A DNA stretch of 64,000 nt from Candidatus Daviesbacteria bacterium (GCA_016187025.1 JACPKM010000008.1:1361-65360); one strand, 5' to 3'. Shown: positions 1 through 9,782, counted from the stretch's first letter. Made by a program: numbers and translations. The notes: generated by a model not told the origin, from the sequence alone.

Positions 1-397
1 AAAGCGCTCTAGCCCGTTTTTGAGCCAACTCCGGATCTTCTATCTCCTGTACCCTTTCATATCCCACTCTGGCTAGCCATCTTTTAAAAGGTTCTGCTTT
101 TGGTGAAGGAATTGATTGAATAATTCTAAAAATACCTTCAGTATTGGCACAGTTCATTTTTTGTTTACCGCCAGTAGTTTCGATGGAAAGGGTATGTACA
201 ATTTGTACCCACCCTTTAGAAAGTTCTGGGTCACGAAGTCTCATACGCTGGATATATTGCTTTGAATCACTTGAATCAATAAGTGCCAAAACTACATCCT
301 CAACTACAAACCACCACTCATTTTTATGGATGGTTTTTCTTATTTTCCTATTTCGGAAAATGGCTATTTTAGTTGTTTGCGTTGTTTCTTGATTCAT
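1..397 (-). CDS. Bro-N domain protein (phage antirepressor / DinD-like). ATG is at 397-395 and the C-terminus runs off the left window edge.
   Basis: Manual reverse-strand translation is open from 397 to position 1: MNQETTQTTKIAIFRNRKIRKTIHKNEWWFVVEDVVLALIDSS...ETTGGKQKMNCANTEGIFRIIQSIPSPKAEPFKRWLARVGYERV. It matches the Bro-N consensus (WF-v-DVa-aLg ... gG-q-m-visE-GlY-Li--S-kpeAk-FkrWv). It is absent from the ORF track because it is edge-truncated. Confidence 0.55.
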   Translation of the reverse strand, partial: MNQETTQTTKIAIFRNRKIRKTIHKNEWWFVVEDVVLALIDSSDSKQYIQRMRLRDPELSKGWVQIVHTLSIETTGGKQKMNCANTEGIFRIIQSIPSPKAEPFKRWLARVGYERVQEIEDPELAQKRARAL

Positions 398-616
398 ATT
401 AGTTAAAAAGTGTTAATATATTTTATTATACATACAAAACCCGTAATTACTAGGGATTATACAAAAAATCTGGTAAAATAAGCGGAGCTTGATACTCGCT
501 GGTGCTCGTATTAGGCGAGGAGCTAAATTCTTGAATAAACTCTGACAGTCTGGTTAAGACTTCGTTAGGAACTCCAGATTAGGAATTAACATGGTAACAA
601 TTTAGGAGCCTTGCCC

Positions 617-964
617 TTAAAGACTATTTAGGTCCTGGTCAATATCACTAAATCCACTGTCTGAAGCTTCAACTTCTATGGAGTTTAGTTCAGCCTGAAC
701 TGTTGATAATACACTTTCTGGTTGTTGAGTCGCAGGTCTTTTATAACTTTGTGATTTAGATGAAGATAAGGAACTGGCTAAAAGATAATAGCCACCAGCT
801 CCTAAAACCAGTATTAATACTAAAATTGCCAATATAATAGGCAACTTATTACTTTTGCCCGATTGGGTAGATATTGGAGTATTTGGGTTTTGGTTCTGTT
901 GAGTGGGGGTAGAATTTACCCCTGTAGTTTGATTTTGGTTTGTATCAGCTTGATTTGGATCCAT
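617..964 (-). CDS. Hypothetical small membrane protein: low-complexity Q/N/T-rich N-terminus and one TM helix
   Basis: 115-aa ORF. Hydrophobic stretch LPIILAILVLILVLGAGGYYLLA. The start overlaps the stop of the upstream gene (ATGA), which suggests an operon. Confidence 0.4.
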   Translation of the reverse strand: MDPNQADTNQNQTTGVNSTPTQQNQNPNTPISTQSGKSNKLPIILAILVLILVLGAGGYYLLASSLSSSKSQSYKRPATQQPESVLSTVQAELNSIEVEASDSGFSDIDQDLNSL

Positions 965-1626
965 TAATTACCTCCTAATGTCTGTTTAGCAACCCTTACT
1001 ACGTTAGAAACTGATTGTTTTGCCTCTACCACCAATTTCCTTATTTCAAATAGGTCATTATGTAAGGCATCTCTTGCAGTTTTGACATCCTCTTTTGCTT
1101 TTTTCTCGCTGGTAAGGTTGATTGTGTAATCCTTTGTAGTTTGAGTCTCTACAGCTGTTTTAGCTTTTTCAATTGCTGCTTTCGCATCTGAAATTACTTG
1201 GTTTGTTTGTGTTGTGTCTTTCCCGCTTGCTGAGGCTTCAGTTACTCTTGTTTCAATCTTTTGAAGCATCTGTTCAAGTCTTGTAATATAATCAGTCATG
1301 GCACCTGTGCGCTTCTGATTTACATTTGTAATTTGGGTATTTACCCTTTCAACAATCTGAGCTTTTTTCTTATCCTTAAATGTTTTAACTTTTACTTTTA
1401 ATGTAGCTTCTCTAGATGCAATAGCAATCCTTTTTTCTTCTAACCGTGTCTGTACGTTCTCTTTTCTTGTTTCAAGTTTTTCTTTTGCCTGCTCTTTTCT
1501 TTCTTCAATTCTTTGCTTTAGTGCTTCTCTAGGCGTTGCTGACGTGGTGGTATCTTGAGCCAAAACTGCACAGGCTGTAGTTAAAAATACGGAAAGTGCA
1601 ATAAATACCGGCAGTAAATGTCTCAC
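964..1626 (-). CDS. Secreted coiled-coil protein with signal peptide, hypothetical
   Basis: N-terminal signal-like MRHLLPVFIALSVFLTTACAVLAQD, then K/E-rich heptad-like sequence. No recognisable catalytic motif. Confidence 0.4.
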   Translation of the reverse strand: MRHLLPVFIALSVFLTTACAVLAQDTTTSATPREALKQRIEERKEQAKEKLETRKENVQTRLEEKRIAIASREATLKVKVKTFKDKKKAQIVERVNTQITNVNQKRTGAMTDYITRLEQMLQKIETRVTEASASGKDTTQTNQVISDAKAAIEKAKTAVETQTTKDYTINLTSEKKAKEDVKTARDALHNDLFEIRKLVVEAKQSVSNVVRVAKQTLGGN

Positions 1627-1654
1627 TTATTAAATTTAACAAAGTCGCAATAGT

Positions 1655-1683
1655 TTGTCAATTTGGAACTAATTTTGTACAAT
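1655..1683 (+). promoter_or_regulatory. sigma70-like promoter for tRNA-Arg: TTGTCA, 17-bp spacer, TACAAT
   Basis: TTGTCA at 1655-1660, a 17-nt spacer, then TACAAT at 1678-1683. The tRNA begins 14 nt downstream. Confidence 0.4.
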
Positions 1684-1696
1684 TAACAGATGCGAT

Positions 1697-1769
1697 GCGC
1701 CCGTAGCTCAGCGGATAGAGCAAAGGATTTCTAATCCTTAGGCCGGGGGTCCGAATCCCTCCGGGCGCG
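1697..1769 (+). tRNA. tRNA-Arg (anticodon TCT)
   Basis: Acceptor stem GCGCCCG pairs with CGGGCGC. D arm GCTC/GAGC. Anticodon stem AAGGA/TCCTT with loop TTTCTAA (anticodon TCT). T loop TCCGAAT. 73 nt, no encoded CCA. Confidence 0.85.
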
Positions 1770-1775
1770 CAAAAG

Positions 1776-2648
1776 GTGATAAGTCTATGTCATAATGACA
1801 TAGTGCTATTTGGGAAAAAGATTCTATTTGTAATTATACCCGTTATTTTTGTATTACTTGCTATCGCTTTTTTCCGTTTTAATCTACAGGAGAAAATCGA
1901 AAGAAGGATTTTAGGATTAAGTGCATCTAGGCAAGCTTCAAGTGAGCCGAAACAAGTATCTATTAAAGGTAAGCAGAAAGTAAAATATCCTGAGGATTAC
2001 ACAATATTGCTGCTCGGGGATTCAATGACAGAAAGGCTAGGAAACAGCGATGAGCTAAGAGCCTACTTAAAAGGGTATTACCCTAACAAAAGCTTTGAAG
2101 TATTAAATTATGGTTTTGGATCCACCAATATTCTATCTGTTCAGGAAAGGCTGGAAAAAGAAACTTTTCATGGCAGAAAATTCCGGCCTATTTTAGATAT
2201 TGCCTTTGACTTAATTCTTATTGAATCCTTTGGCCACAATCCCTTATCTCAATTTTCTTTAGAAGAAGGTCTTAGAAAACAAACCGGGGCCCTGGATAAA
2301 ATTGTTGCTAGTATCAGGAAAGAAAACCCTAATACAAAATTACTGTTTGTAGCAACCATTGCCCCCAATAAAAGAAGCTATGGAGAAGGGCAGGTTGACT
2401 TAACACCTGATGTAAGAGAAAAATGGGCCTTAGAAAGAAATGCCTATATTAAAAACCATATTGAGTATGCAAACTCACACCAGATCCCCTTAATAAATAT
2501 TTTTGAGAAGTCGTTAAATGAAGATGGGGACGGAGATTTGATGTATATTGATTCTGCAGATTTTATTCATCCCTCCCCCAGCGGAATTTATTTTATCAGC
2601 AAAGAGATTGCAGATTACGTTTATAACAACAAGATATTAAACCCTTAA
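1776..2648 (+). CDS. SGNH/GDSL-family hydrolase (lipase/esterase-like), membrane-anchored
   Basis: GDS block LLLGDSMTERLG and C-terminal DxxH block DFIHPSPSGIY. N-terminal TM segment. The listed GTG start lies 7 nt after the tRNA; the in-frame GTG at 1803 is a plausible alternative start. Confidence 0.65.
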   Translation: MISLCHNDIVLFGKKILFVIIPVIFVLLAIAFFRFNLQEKIERRILGLSASRQASSEPKQVSIKGKQKVKYPEDYTILLLGDSMTERLGNSDELRAYLKGYYPNKSFEVLNYGFGSTNILSVQERLEKETFHGRKFRPILDIAFDLILIESFGHNPLSQFSLEEGLRKQTGALDKIVASIRKENPNTKLLFVATIAPNKRSYGEGQVDLTPDVREKWALERNAYIKNHIEYANSHQIPLINIFEKSLNEDGDGDLMYIDSADFIHPSPSGIYFISKEIADYVYNNKILNP

Positions 2649-3274
2649 ATCTTACCCTTATCGGGGTTTTCTGCACGGATCTCCTTGGATAAAACCTTAC
2701 CCTCTTTGTCTATTTTGTATATGTGTACCTCACCTATTCCAAATTCTAATTCCATAAACTGCTCTTCTGTTAAATTATCCAAATATTTTTCCAATGCCCT
2801 AAGTGCATTCCCGTGGGATACAACCAGTATATTTTTATCCGATTTCAAAAGAGGAAGAATCTTTTTTTCATAATATGGCACTATTCTTTTATAAACATCC
2901 TTCATTGTTTCACCATCAGGAATTGGATAATCCCAGCCTCTTCTGATTTTTTCAAATTCTTCCTCCCCCACCTGTTTTTCTATCTCCCACTTATTTTTAC
3001 CTGTATAAATCCCATAATCCCTTTCATCTAAGGCCAAATCCTGTGTAATTGGAACGTTAAGGTTTAGAGTATCTTTAATAGCTTCAAAAGTTTTTATGGA
3101 GCGGATAAGGGCCGAAACAAATACATGATCAATTTTTATATCTAGAAGTTGCCAAGCCGCATTTTTGGCGTCCTTTCTACCTTGCTGGCTCAAGGGAACA
3201 TCTTCTAATCCAGTCCAAAGACCTAGCTCATTCCACTGTGACTTACCATGTCTTACTAATATAAGATAAGACAC
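2645..3274 (-). CDS. gpmA: 2,3-bisphosphoglycerate-dependent phosphoglycerate mutase
   Basis: Histidine-phosphatase signature LVRHGKSQWN, further conserved blocks, ~209 aa. Confidence 0.8.
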   Translation of the reverse strand: MSYLILVRHGKSQWNELGLWTGLEDVPLSQQGRKDAKNAAWQLLDIKIDHVFVSALIRSIKTFEAIKDTLNLNVPITQDLALDERDYGIYTGKNKWEIEKQVGEEEFEKIRRGWDYPIPDGETMKDVYKRIVPYYEKKILPLLKSDKNILVVSHGNALRALEKYLDNLTEEQFMELEFGIGEVHIYKIDKEGKVLSKEIRAENPDKGKI

Positions 3275-4585
3275 TTAACTTAAGGCCTCACTTCCTGCAA
3301 ATTTAGCCTTGGTACCCAACTCTTCCTCAATTCTTAATAACTGATTATATTTTGCTATTCTTTCAGACCGGGATAAGGAACCTGTTTTAATTTGACCGGC
3401 AGACAGACCAACTGCAAGATCTGCTATGGTGGTGTCCTCAGTTTCACCAGATCTATGAGAAATAATTGTTTTCCAGCTGGCTTTCTTTGCCATCTTTAAT
3501 ACATTAATGGCCTCAGTTAAGGTACCTATTTGGTTTGGCTTGATCAAGATTGCATTTCCTGCCTTTTCTTTGATTGCTTTCTCTAAAAACTTAGTGTTTG
3601 TTACCAGCAAATCGTCTCCAACCAGCTGCATTTTAGAACCTAGCTTTTCAGTAAGCTTACTCCAGCCTTGCCAATCAGATTCTGATAACCCATCCTCAAT
3701 TGACCTTATTGGGTATTTGTCTACTAACACACTTAACCAGTTGATCATTTGATCTGTAGAGAAAACCTTATCCTCTCTTTTTAGAGTGTATTTACCATCT
3801 TCAAACAGCTCTGATGCTGCTATGTCAAGTCCAATAACAAAGTCTTTTTCAGCCTTGTAGCCAGCCTTACTTACAGCTTCAAGAATAAGCTCAATACTTT
3901 CTGTATTACCTGATTTTACTAAAGGCGCATATCCACCCTCATCACCAACTGTTGTTAAGTAACCTTTTTTGAGCAAAACCTCTGCTAAATGATGAAATAC
4001 CTCATCACTTGTTCTTAAGGCCTCAGAGAACGTTTTTGCTCCAATGGGCATTATCATGTACTCTTGTATATCTGTTGCCCAAGAAGCGTGTTTGCCTCCA
4101 TTGATAATATTTACCATTGGTAGTGGAAGCAGTAATTGATCGGATGAAAGGTTAACTAGTTTTGCAAAATATTTATAAAGAGGCAGATTAGTAGATAAGG
4201 CTGCTGCTTTTGCGCTAGCCAAAGAAACAGCCAAAATTGCATTTGCACCTAAGTTTGACTTACTTTCCGTACCATCCAGTCCGATTAACTTCTTATCAAT
4301 TAAATCCTGATCCTGCGGGTTGGAATTCACTAATAAATCATTTATTTTAGTGTTGATATTCAAAACAGCTTTCAGCACTCCATTACCTAAAAATTTTGAA
4401 TAGTCTTTATCCCGCAGTTCAATATCCTCATGCATTCCTATAGATGCGCCCGATGGAACAGAGGCTCTGCCGGCAACTCCATTATCCAAGATTACATCAG
4501 CCTCAACAGTAGGATTTCCTCTTGAGTCCAGAATTTGCCTTGCCTGAATTTTAATTATATTCACTAAAGTTAATATATCCCCCAC
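3275..4585 (-). CDS. eno: Enolase (phosphopyruvate hydratase)
   Basis: [17 protein letters not shown] enolase signature, [10 protein letters not shown]-terminal block, 436 aa. The listed start is GTG at 4585; a start at the internal GTG (V8) is equally possible. Confidence 0.95.
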   Translation of the reverse strand: MGDILTLVNIIKIQARQILDSRGNPTVEADVILDNGVAGRASVPSGASIGMHEDIELRDKDYSKFLGNGVLKAVLNINTKINDLLVNSNPQDQDLIDKKLIGLDGTESKSNLGANAILAVSLASAKAAALSTNLPLYKYFAKLVNLSSDQLLLPLPMVNIINGGKHASWATDIQEYMIMPIGAKTFSEALRTSDEVFHHLAEVLLKKGYLTTVGDEGGYAPLVKSGNTESIELILEAVSKAGYKAEKDFVIGLDIAASELFEDGKYTLKREDKVFSTDQMINWLSVLVDKYPIRSIEDGLSESDWQGWSKLTEKLGSKMQLVGDDLLVTNTKFLEKAIKEKAGNAILIKPNQIGTLTEAINVLKMAKKASWKTIISHRSGETEDTTIADLAVGLSAGQIKTGSLSRSERIAKYNQLLRIEEELGTKAKFAGSEALS

Positions 4586-4627
4586 TTGATAACTTTACAA
4601 GCATATTATAAATGCTACTATGAAGAT

Positions 4628-7051
4628 ATGCCTGCCCCATTTGTAAAGCTTTTCGAAGAGGTTTCCATAGAGGATGTTGCTGAAGTTGGCGGAAAAAATG
4701 CCTCTTTGGGTGAGCTTATTGGTGAGCTTGTCTATAATGGGATAGATGTTCCTGGAGGCTACATAGTCACTGCATCTGCTTATCAATACTTTTTATCGCA
4801 AACATCTCTTGATCTATTTATTAAAAACACTCTATCTAACTTAGATACAAACAACTTAGAACAGCTTTCTGAGAAAGCAAAGCAAATTAGGGAAAAAATT
4901 GTTAAAGCAAATTTTCCAAATGATCTTAAGCAAGCCATAGAAAAAGCACACCAGGACGCAGAAAGAAGATACGGTAAACTGGCAGATTTTGCCGTCAGAT
5001 CATCTGCAACTGCTGAGGATTTACCAGATGCTTCTTTTGCCGGAGAGCATGAAACATTTTTAAATATCTCTGGTGTAGACAATATTTTGGTAGCAACCAA
5101 AAAAGCCATGGCATCACTTTTTACTGATCGAGCCATCTCATACAGGGTAGATAAAGGCTTTGATCACCTAAAAATTTCTCTTTCAGTTGGAATACAAAAG
5201 ATGGTTAGGTCAGATTTATCCTGTTCCGGAATTATGTTTACACTTGATACAGAAACCGGATTTAAAGATTTGGTAGTTATTAATGGCTCATGGGGCTTAG
5301 GAGAAATGATAGTTCAGGGAAAAGTAACCCCTGATGAATTTTTAGTTTTTAAACCCACTCTAAACAAGCCTAGACACAAAAGCTTGTTTAAAAAAGACTA
5401 TTACCAGCCAATAATTGAGAAAAAAATAGGAAAAAAGGACCACAAAATGGTATATGGTGATTCTACTGGCACAAAAGTAATAGACACCTCCCAGCAAGAA
5501 AAACAGCAATTTGTTCTAACTGATGCTGAAATTTTAAAGCTTGCCACTTGGGCAACTATAATTGAGAAACATTACTCTGAGAAACACCGTAAATGGACTC
5601 CAATGGATATGGAATGGGCAAAAGATGGCAAAAGTGGCAAATTATACATAGTGCAAGCGCGCCCGGAGACCGTTCATTCGGTGAGAGACTACACTAAAGT
5701 TATAACATACCAAAGGTCTGAGAATGGAAAAGTAATCACAAAGGGCGCATCAGTTGGCAATAAGATTTCATCAGGTAAGGCAAGAATAATCATGGATGTT
5801 AAAAACATCTCAAATTTTAAAAAAGGCGAGGTTTTGGTAACAGACATGACCGATCCCAACTGGGAACCTGTCATGAAACTGGCCTCAGCAATTATTACAG
5901 ATAAAGGTGGCAGAACAAGCCATGCAGCCATTGTTTCAAGAGAGCTGGGTATTGCTTGTGTTGTAGGAACTGAAAACTCAACCCAAAAAGTAAAAACAGG
6001 CATGGATTTGACAGTTGACACAACAGGCAGTGAAGGAATTGTTTTTGAAGGAAAGCTTAATTTTAAAATTGAGGAGCATGATATTAAAAAAATCCCTCAA
6101 ACCAAAATCAAAATCATGCTAAATATTGCTACCCCTGACACAGCTTTTGAAAAATCTTTTCTGCCAAACAAAGGAGTGGGTTTGGCAAGAGAGGAGTTTA
6201 TAATTGCATCAAATATAGGTATACATCCTATGGCTTTGGTAAATTTTAATAGCCTGCCAGCTGAGTTAAAAGGCAAAATAGACAAAAAAACTTTAGGATA
6301 TAAAAACAAAACCCAGTTTTATGTTGATAAACTCGCATCAGGTATTGCAAAAATCTCAGCTGCCTTTTATCCAAATCCGGTAATAGTCAGATTTTCTGAC
6401 TTTAAAACAAATGAGTATCGGTCTCTACTGGGAGGTAGCCTTTATGAGCCTGTTGAAGAAAATCCTATGATCGGTTTTAGAGGTGCATCCCGTTACTACA
6501 ACCCACAGTTTATCCAGGCATTTATTTTGGAAATTGAAGCTATCAAAAAAGTTAGAAATGTTTTTGGGCTTACCAATACCTGTACAATGATTCCTTTTTG
6601 CAGAACTGTGGATGAAGGTAAGATGGTTTTAGAAATCATGGAGAGATTTGGCCTGTCACGCAAAAAAGATAAAAGCTTGAAGGTTTTTATGATGTGTGAG
6701 ATACCAGCAAATGTAATTTTAGCTGATGACTTTTTGGATATATTTGACGGAATGAGTATAGGCAGTAATGATTTGAGCCAGCTTACACTAGGGATTGACC
6801 GGGATGGAAATGAAAAGATTAAGTCAATCAGCAATGAAAATGACAAAGCTGTAAAAGAGCTTATTAAAACCGTTATTAAAAAATGTAGGCAAAGGGGTAA
6901 ATATATTGGCATTTGCGGCCAGGCACCCTCAGACTATGAAGATTTTGCCATGTTTTTAGTAAAATCCGGAATAGAAAGTATATCTCTAAATCCGGATACA
7001 GTTATAAAAACAACTCTAAGAATCTTTCAGCAAGAGCAAGCGCTTATTTAA
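4628..7051 (+). CDS. ppsA: Phosphoenolpyruvate synthase (pyruvate, water dikinase)
   Basis: GGRTSHAAIVSRELGIACVVG phospho-histidine domain, N-terminal VGGKNASLGEL ATP-grasp block, C-terminal PEP-utilising TIM-barrel blocks. The ORF track starts at TTG 4586; the first ATG at 4628 (MPAPFVKLFEEVSIEDVAEVGGKNAS) matches the family N-terminus. Confidence 0.85.
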   Translation: MPAPFVKLFEEVSIEDVAEVGGKNASLGELIGELVYNGIDVPGGYIVTASAYQYFLSQTSLDLFIKNTLSNLDTNNLEQLSEKAKQIREKIVKANFPNDLKQAIEKAHQDAERRYGKLADFAVRSSATAEDLPDASFAGEHETFLNISGVDNILVATKKAMASLFTDRAISYRVDKGFDHLKISLSVGIQKMVRSDLSCSGIMFTLDTETGFKDLVVINGSWGLGEMIVQGKVTPDEFLVFKPTLNKPRHKSLFKKDYYQPIIEKKIGKKDHKMVYGDSTGTKVIDTSQQEKQQFVLTDAEILKLATWATIIEKHYSEKHRKWTPMDMEWAKDGKSGKLYIVQARPETVHSVRDYTKVITYQRSENGKVITKGASVGNKISSGKARIIMDVKNISNFKKGEVLVTDMTDPNWEPVMKLASAIITDKGGRTSHAAIVSRELGIACVVGTENSTQKVKTGMDLTVDTTGSEGIVFEGKLNFKIEEHDIKKIPQTKIKIMLNIATPDTAFEKSFLPNKGVGLAREEFIIASNIGIHPMALVNFNSLPAELKGKIDKKTLGYKNKTQFYVDKLASGIAKISAAFYPNPVIVRFSDFKTNEYRSLLGGSLYEPVEENPMIGFRGASRYYNPQFIQAFILEIEAIKKVRNVFGLTNTCTMIPFCRTVDEGKMVLEIMERFGLSRKKDKSLKVFMMCEIPANVILADDFLDIFDGMSIGSNDLSQLTLGIDRDGNEKIKSISNENDKAVKELIKTVIKKCRQRGKYIGICGQAPSDYEDFAMFLVKSGIESISLNPDTVIKTTLRIFQQEQALI

Positions 7052-7861
7052 ATCCATTGCCACGTCTCTGGCTTTTTGTGCAAAATCTTTTCCGTCTGAT
7101 GCAAATATTATTCCTCTTGATGAGTTAATAATCATTCCCCACCCGCCACTAGCCATTCCAGATCTAACAGTGTTTTCTATCTCACCACCCTGTGTTCCTA
7201 ATCCGGGAATTAGTATTGGCAAATCACCAATGAGTTTTCTTACCTGTACCAGCTCACTTGGGTAAGTGGCTCCAACAACTACTCCACAGTTTCCATTTTT
7301 ATTCCAGTTCCGGGCAACTCTTTCTGCTACTACCTGATAAAGTGGTTTGCCTCCTTCACCTACTACTAAATCCTGGAATTCAGCTGATCCCGGATTAGAT
7401 GTTTTAGCCAAAACTATAATAAGCTTATCTTTTCTTTCCAAAAAAGGCTCCAGTGCTTCCTGTCCCAAATATGGACTGACTGTAACCCCATCCATTTTCA
7501 AATTATCGAATATGGAGGAAACATAACCTTCATTGGTGCTACCAATATCACCTCTTTTGGCATCCAATATTACTGCAATATCAGGGTAATTTTCTTTTAG
7601 GTAAGTTGAGGTTTTTTTCAAAGCAGTGAGCCCATCTGTGCCATAAGCTTCATAAAATGCGGCATTGGGTTTATATGCACAAACTAAATCAAAAGTTGAG
7701 TCAATAATTGCTTTGTTAAACTCAAAGATATCAGAAGCGATATCTCCTGTCCTATTAGGAAGTCTTTTATAATCAGAATCCAATCCTACACAGATAAAAA
7801 GATTCTTACTCCACCTTTTTTCTAATTTTTTAATGGTTGAGTTTGCCATTGTAGTATTCAA
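7016..7861 (-). CDS. pyrF: Orotidine 5'-phosphate decarboxylase (type 2 long form)
   Basis: DAKRGDIGST motif and overall type-2 OMPDC layout, 281 aa. Confidence 0.8.
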   Translation of the reverse strand: MNTTMANSTIKKLEKRWSKNLFICVGLDSDYKRLPNRTGDIASDIFEFNKAIIDSTFDLVCAYKPNAAFYEAYGTDGLTALKKTSTYLKENYPDIAVILDAKRGDIGSTNEGYVSSIFDNLKMDGVTVSPYLGQEALEPFLERKDKLIIVLAKTSNPGSAEFQDLVVGEGGKPLYQVVAERVARNWNKNGNCGVVVGATYPSELVQVRKLIGDLPILIPGLGTQGGEIENTVRSGMASGGWGMIINSSRGIIFASDGKDFAQKARDVAMDLNKRLLLLKDS

Positions 7862-8786
7862 TTGTCTTTTTCAGACCTTCCTCCAGTCCTATTTTAGGCA
7901 CCCAACCAAGTTGATCTTTTGCCTTTGTGATATCAGGGCACCGTTGAAGTGGGTCATCTTCCGGTAGGGGCTCTTTTGTGACAAGCTCAGATTCAGAATT
8001 TGTGAGCTTTATTATCTTTTTACCCAACTCTAAAACCGTATACTCATTAGGATTACCCAGATTATATATTTCACCTATTGCGCCCTTTTTCATGGTTAAA
8101 ACTATTCCATCTATAAGATCCGATACATAACAAAATGATCTTGTTTGTGTACCATCTCCAAAAACCGGAAAGAATCTATGTTCCAGTGAGGCTTTAATAA
8201 ATTCTGTCACTACCCTACCATCATCTATCGCCATCCTAGGACCGTAGGTGTTAAAAATGCGGATAATTTTTCCATCTAGCCCTTTAGATCTGATGAAAGC
8301 AGCGGTAATAGTTTCTCCGAATCTTTTGGCTTCATCATAAACTGATCTGGGCCCAGTAGTGGAAACATTTCCTCTATACTCTTCTTTTTGCGGGTGTTGC
8401 AGCGGATCACCGTATATTTCAGAGGTTGAAGCGAATAAAAACTTGGCTCCGTTTTTAACACACCACTGCGCCAAATTCCAGGTACCCGTGGTGTTAACCT
8501 GCATAGTTTCAAAAGCTAAAGCGTGATAAGATTTCGGACTCTTAAAATTTGGGGATGCCGGTGAGGCCAGATGATAAACTTGATCTGCATGAATGTTATC
8601 TGGCAAAGGTTTAGTAACATCATGCTCCAAGAATTCAAAATTAGGGTTATCCAGTAGATGCTCAATATTCTTCCTGGTGCCGGTTAAAAGATTATCTATA
8701 CATACAACCTGATGACTCTGTTCTATCAGCTTATCGCAAAGGTGTGATCCCAGAAACCCTGCTCCACCTGTAACATAAACTATCAT
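7830..8786 (-). CDS. UDP-glucuronate decarboxylase / UDP-xylose synthase-like NAD-dependent epimerase/dehydratase
   Basis: Rossmann GGAGFLGSHL, catalytic YDEAKR, and a ASTSEIYGDPLQHPQKEEYRGNV block typical of UXS-type short-chain dehydrogenases. Confidence 0.75.
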   Translation of the reverse strand: MIVYVTGGAGFLGSHLCDKLIEQSHQVVCIDNLLTGTRKNIEHLLDNPNFEFLEHDVTKPLPDNIHADQVYHLASPASPNFKSPKSYHALAFETMQVNTTGTWNLAQWCVKNGAKFLFASTSEIYGDPLQHPQKEEYRGNVSTTGPRSVYDEAKRFGETITAAFIRSKGLDGKIIRIFNTYGPRMAIDDGRVVTEFIKASLEHRFFPVFGDGTQTRSFCYVSDLIDGIVLTMKKGAIGEIYNLGNPNEYTVLELGKKIIKLTNSESELVTKEPLPEDDPLQRCPDITKAKDQLGWVPKIGLEEGLKKTIEYYNGKLNH

Positions 8787-8827
8787 ACCATTTAGAATAG
8801 ATGATCTTTACCTAAGATGCAAATACT

Positions 8828-9730
8828 TTACCTTCTTTTTCCAAGCCCGGGTAGTCCAGCCCTAACCTGGTGCATTAAGGATAGTCTTTGGGCTTCTTCC
8901 CATGATAACTGCGAGGAAGATAATAGGTTTTCAAGGGCATTTTGGTCTTCTGGAGTTACTACCCGATTAATAGCTGCATTAATCCCAGGAAACATGGGTG
9001 TATTTTTATAATATACTGTAGAAGATATAAACAGCCTACCTGGTAGCCTTCCCCTGCCCGTTGAATATAAGTACATGCCTGTTAAGAAGGTAAACACGAT
9101 CTCCGGGTCAATCATGTGTGGATCCTTAAGGCCTGCTAGACTAGGCGGCAAAATAGTTATATCTATATCGTCTACCCGGCCGTAAAATTTATTTTTAAAT
9201 AACTTGTCTGTGTAATCAACAAACGCAGTTTCCGATGAAAGTCTATAGGGAAAATTAGATCTAGAAGCGGCCTTTAGACGCATTGATCTTACTATGTATT
9301 GGATAAAAATATCCACATCTTCCCTGTCTTCCAACCCCACAACCCTTCTGCCTGCAATTAAATCGCCAAGACCTACCCCATCCATAGTAATCAGGTCCGG
9401 ATAAAAAATAGTATCTTTGTCTACTATTGTAGGTAGTGTTTGTAATTTTTGATCCTGTTTCTTTGAAAGTTCGCTTTGGGTATACGCACTGCACCCTCTT
9501 TGTCCATCATAAGTTCTTCTTATGGCTCTAGCTGCTTCTAATCGGCTAAATAAGGTAACCATGTTTTTTATCCCTCCGCAAGAAATAATCTCTGATGCCG
9601 GAGTACAAAAAACCTTTCCATCTATTGAGCTGTATGTTGCACAACCCGGGAGAGTGGCGGATTTTAATTTAGGCGAGGTACACTCTCCTCTGCTGCCCAT
9701 ATCTGCGCATAAACGGTCTACACCAAACAT
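8828..9730 (-). CDS. Hypothetical Cys-rich protein in an operon with a Y-family polymerase
   Basis: 300-aa ORF 53 bp downstream of the polymerase gene on the same strand. N-terminal Cys cluster (C-x8-C-x12-C-x11-C-x7-C), Arg/Gly-rich C-terminus. No family recognised. GC is elevated relative to flanks. Confidence 0.4.
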   Translation of the reverse strand: MFGVDRLCADMGSRGECTSPKLKSATLPGCATYSSIDGKVFCTPASEIISCGGIKNMVTLFSRLEAARAIRRTYDGQRGCSAYTQSELSKKQDQKLQTLPTIVDKDTIFYPDLITMDGVGLGDLIAGRRVVGLEDREDVDIFIQYIVRSMRLKAASRSNFPYRLSSETAFVDYTDKLFKNKFYGRVDDIDITILPPSLAGLKDPHMIDPEIVFTFLTGMYLYSTGRGRLPGRLFISSTVYYKNTPMFPGINAAINRVVTPEDQNALENLLSSSQLSWEEAQRLSLMHQVRAGLPGLGKRR

Positions 9731-9782
9731 AAAGAAATTATACTATAAGTTAGTACCTGCGTACAACTATCGCCTCTTAAAC

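Noticed and set aside
144-392. 82-aa + strand ORF at the window start
   Set aside because: It lies entirely antisense to the well-supported Bro-N reading frame (1..397, minus). Low-complexity sequence with no motif.
478-540. GC-rich segment in the 398-616 intergenic region as a possible structured RNA
   Set aside because: Only short 4-bp hairpins could be drawn by eye. No promoter/terminator pairing like that at 38871-38964. Left uncalled.
4586-4627. TTG-initiated 14-codon N-terminal extension of ppsA ([14 protein letters not shown])
   Set aside because: The family-typical N-terminus starts at the ATG at 4628. The extension would leave no promoter space between the divergent eno and ppsA genes.
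4783-6912. Several 60-140-aa minus-strand ORFs inside ppsA (4783..5136, 5689..6021, 6097..6309, 6496..6912). The same pattern shows in other large genes (15119-15517 in YfhO, 24156-24825 in the kinase, 27874-28169 in zwf, 43019-43665 in GH5, 61073-61723 in uvrA).
   Set aside because: Antisense frames within strongly supported long CDSs. Hydrophobic/low-complexity translations typical of AT-rich antisense noise.
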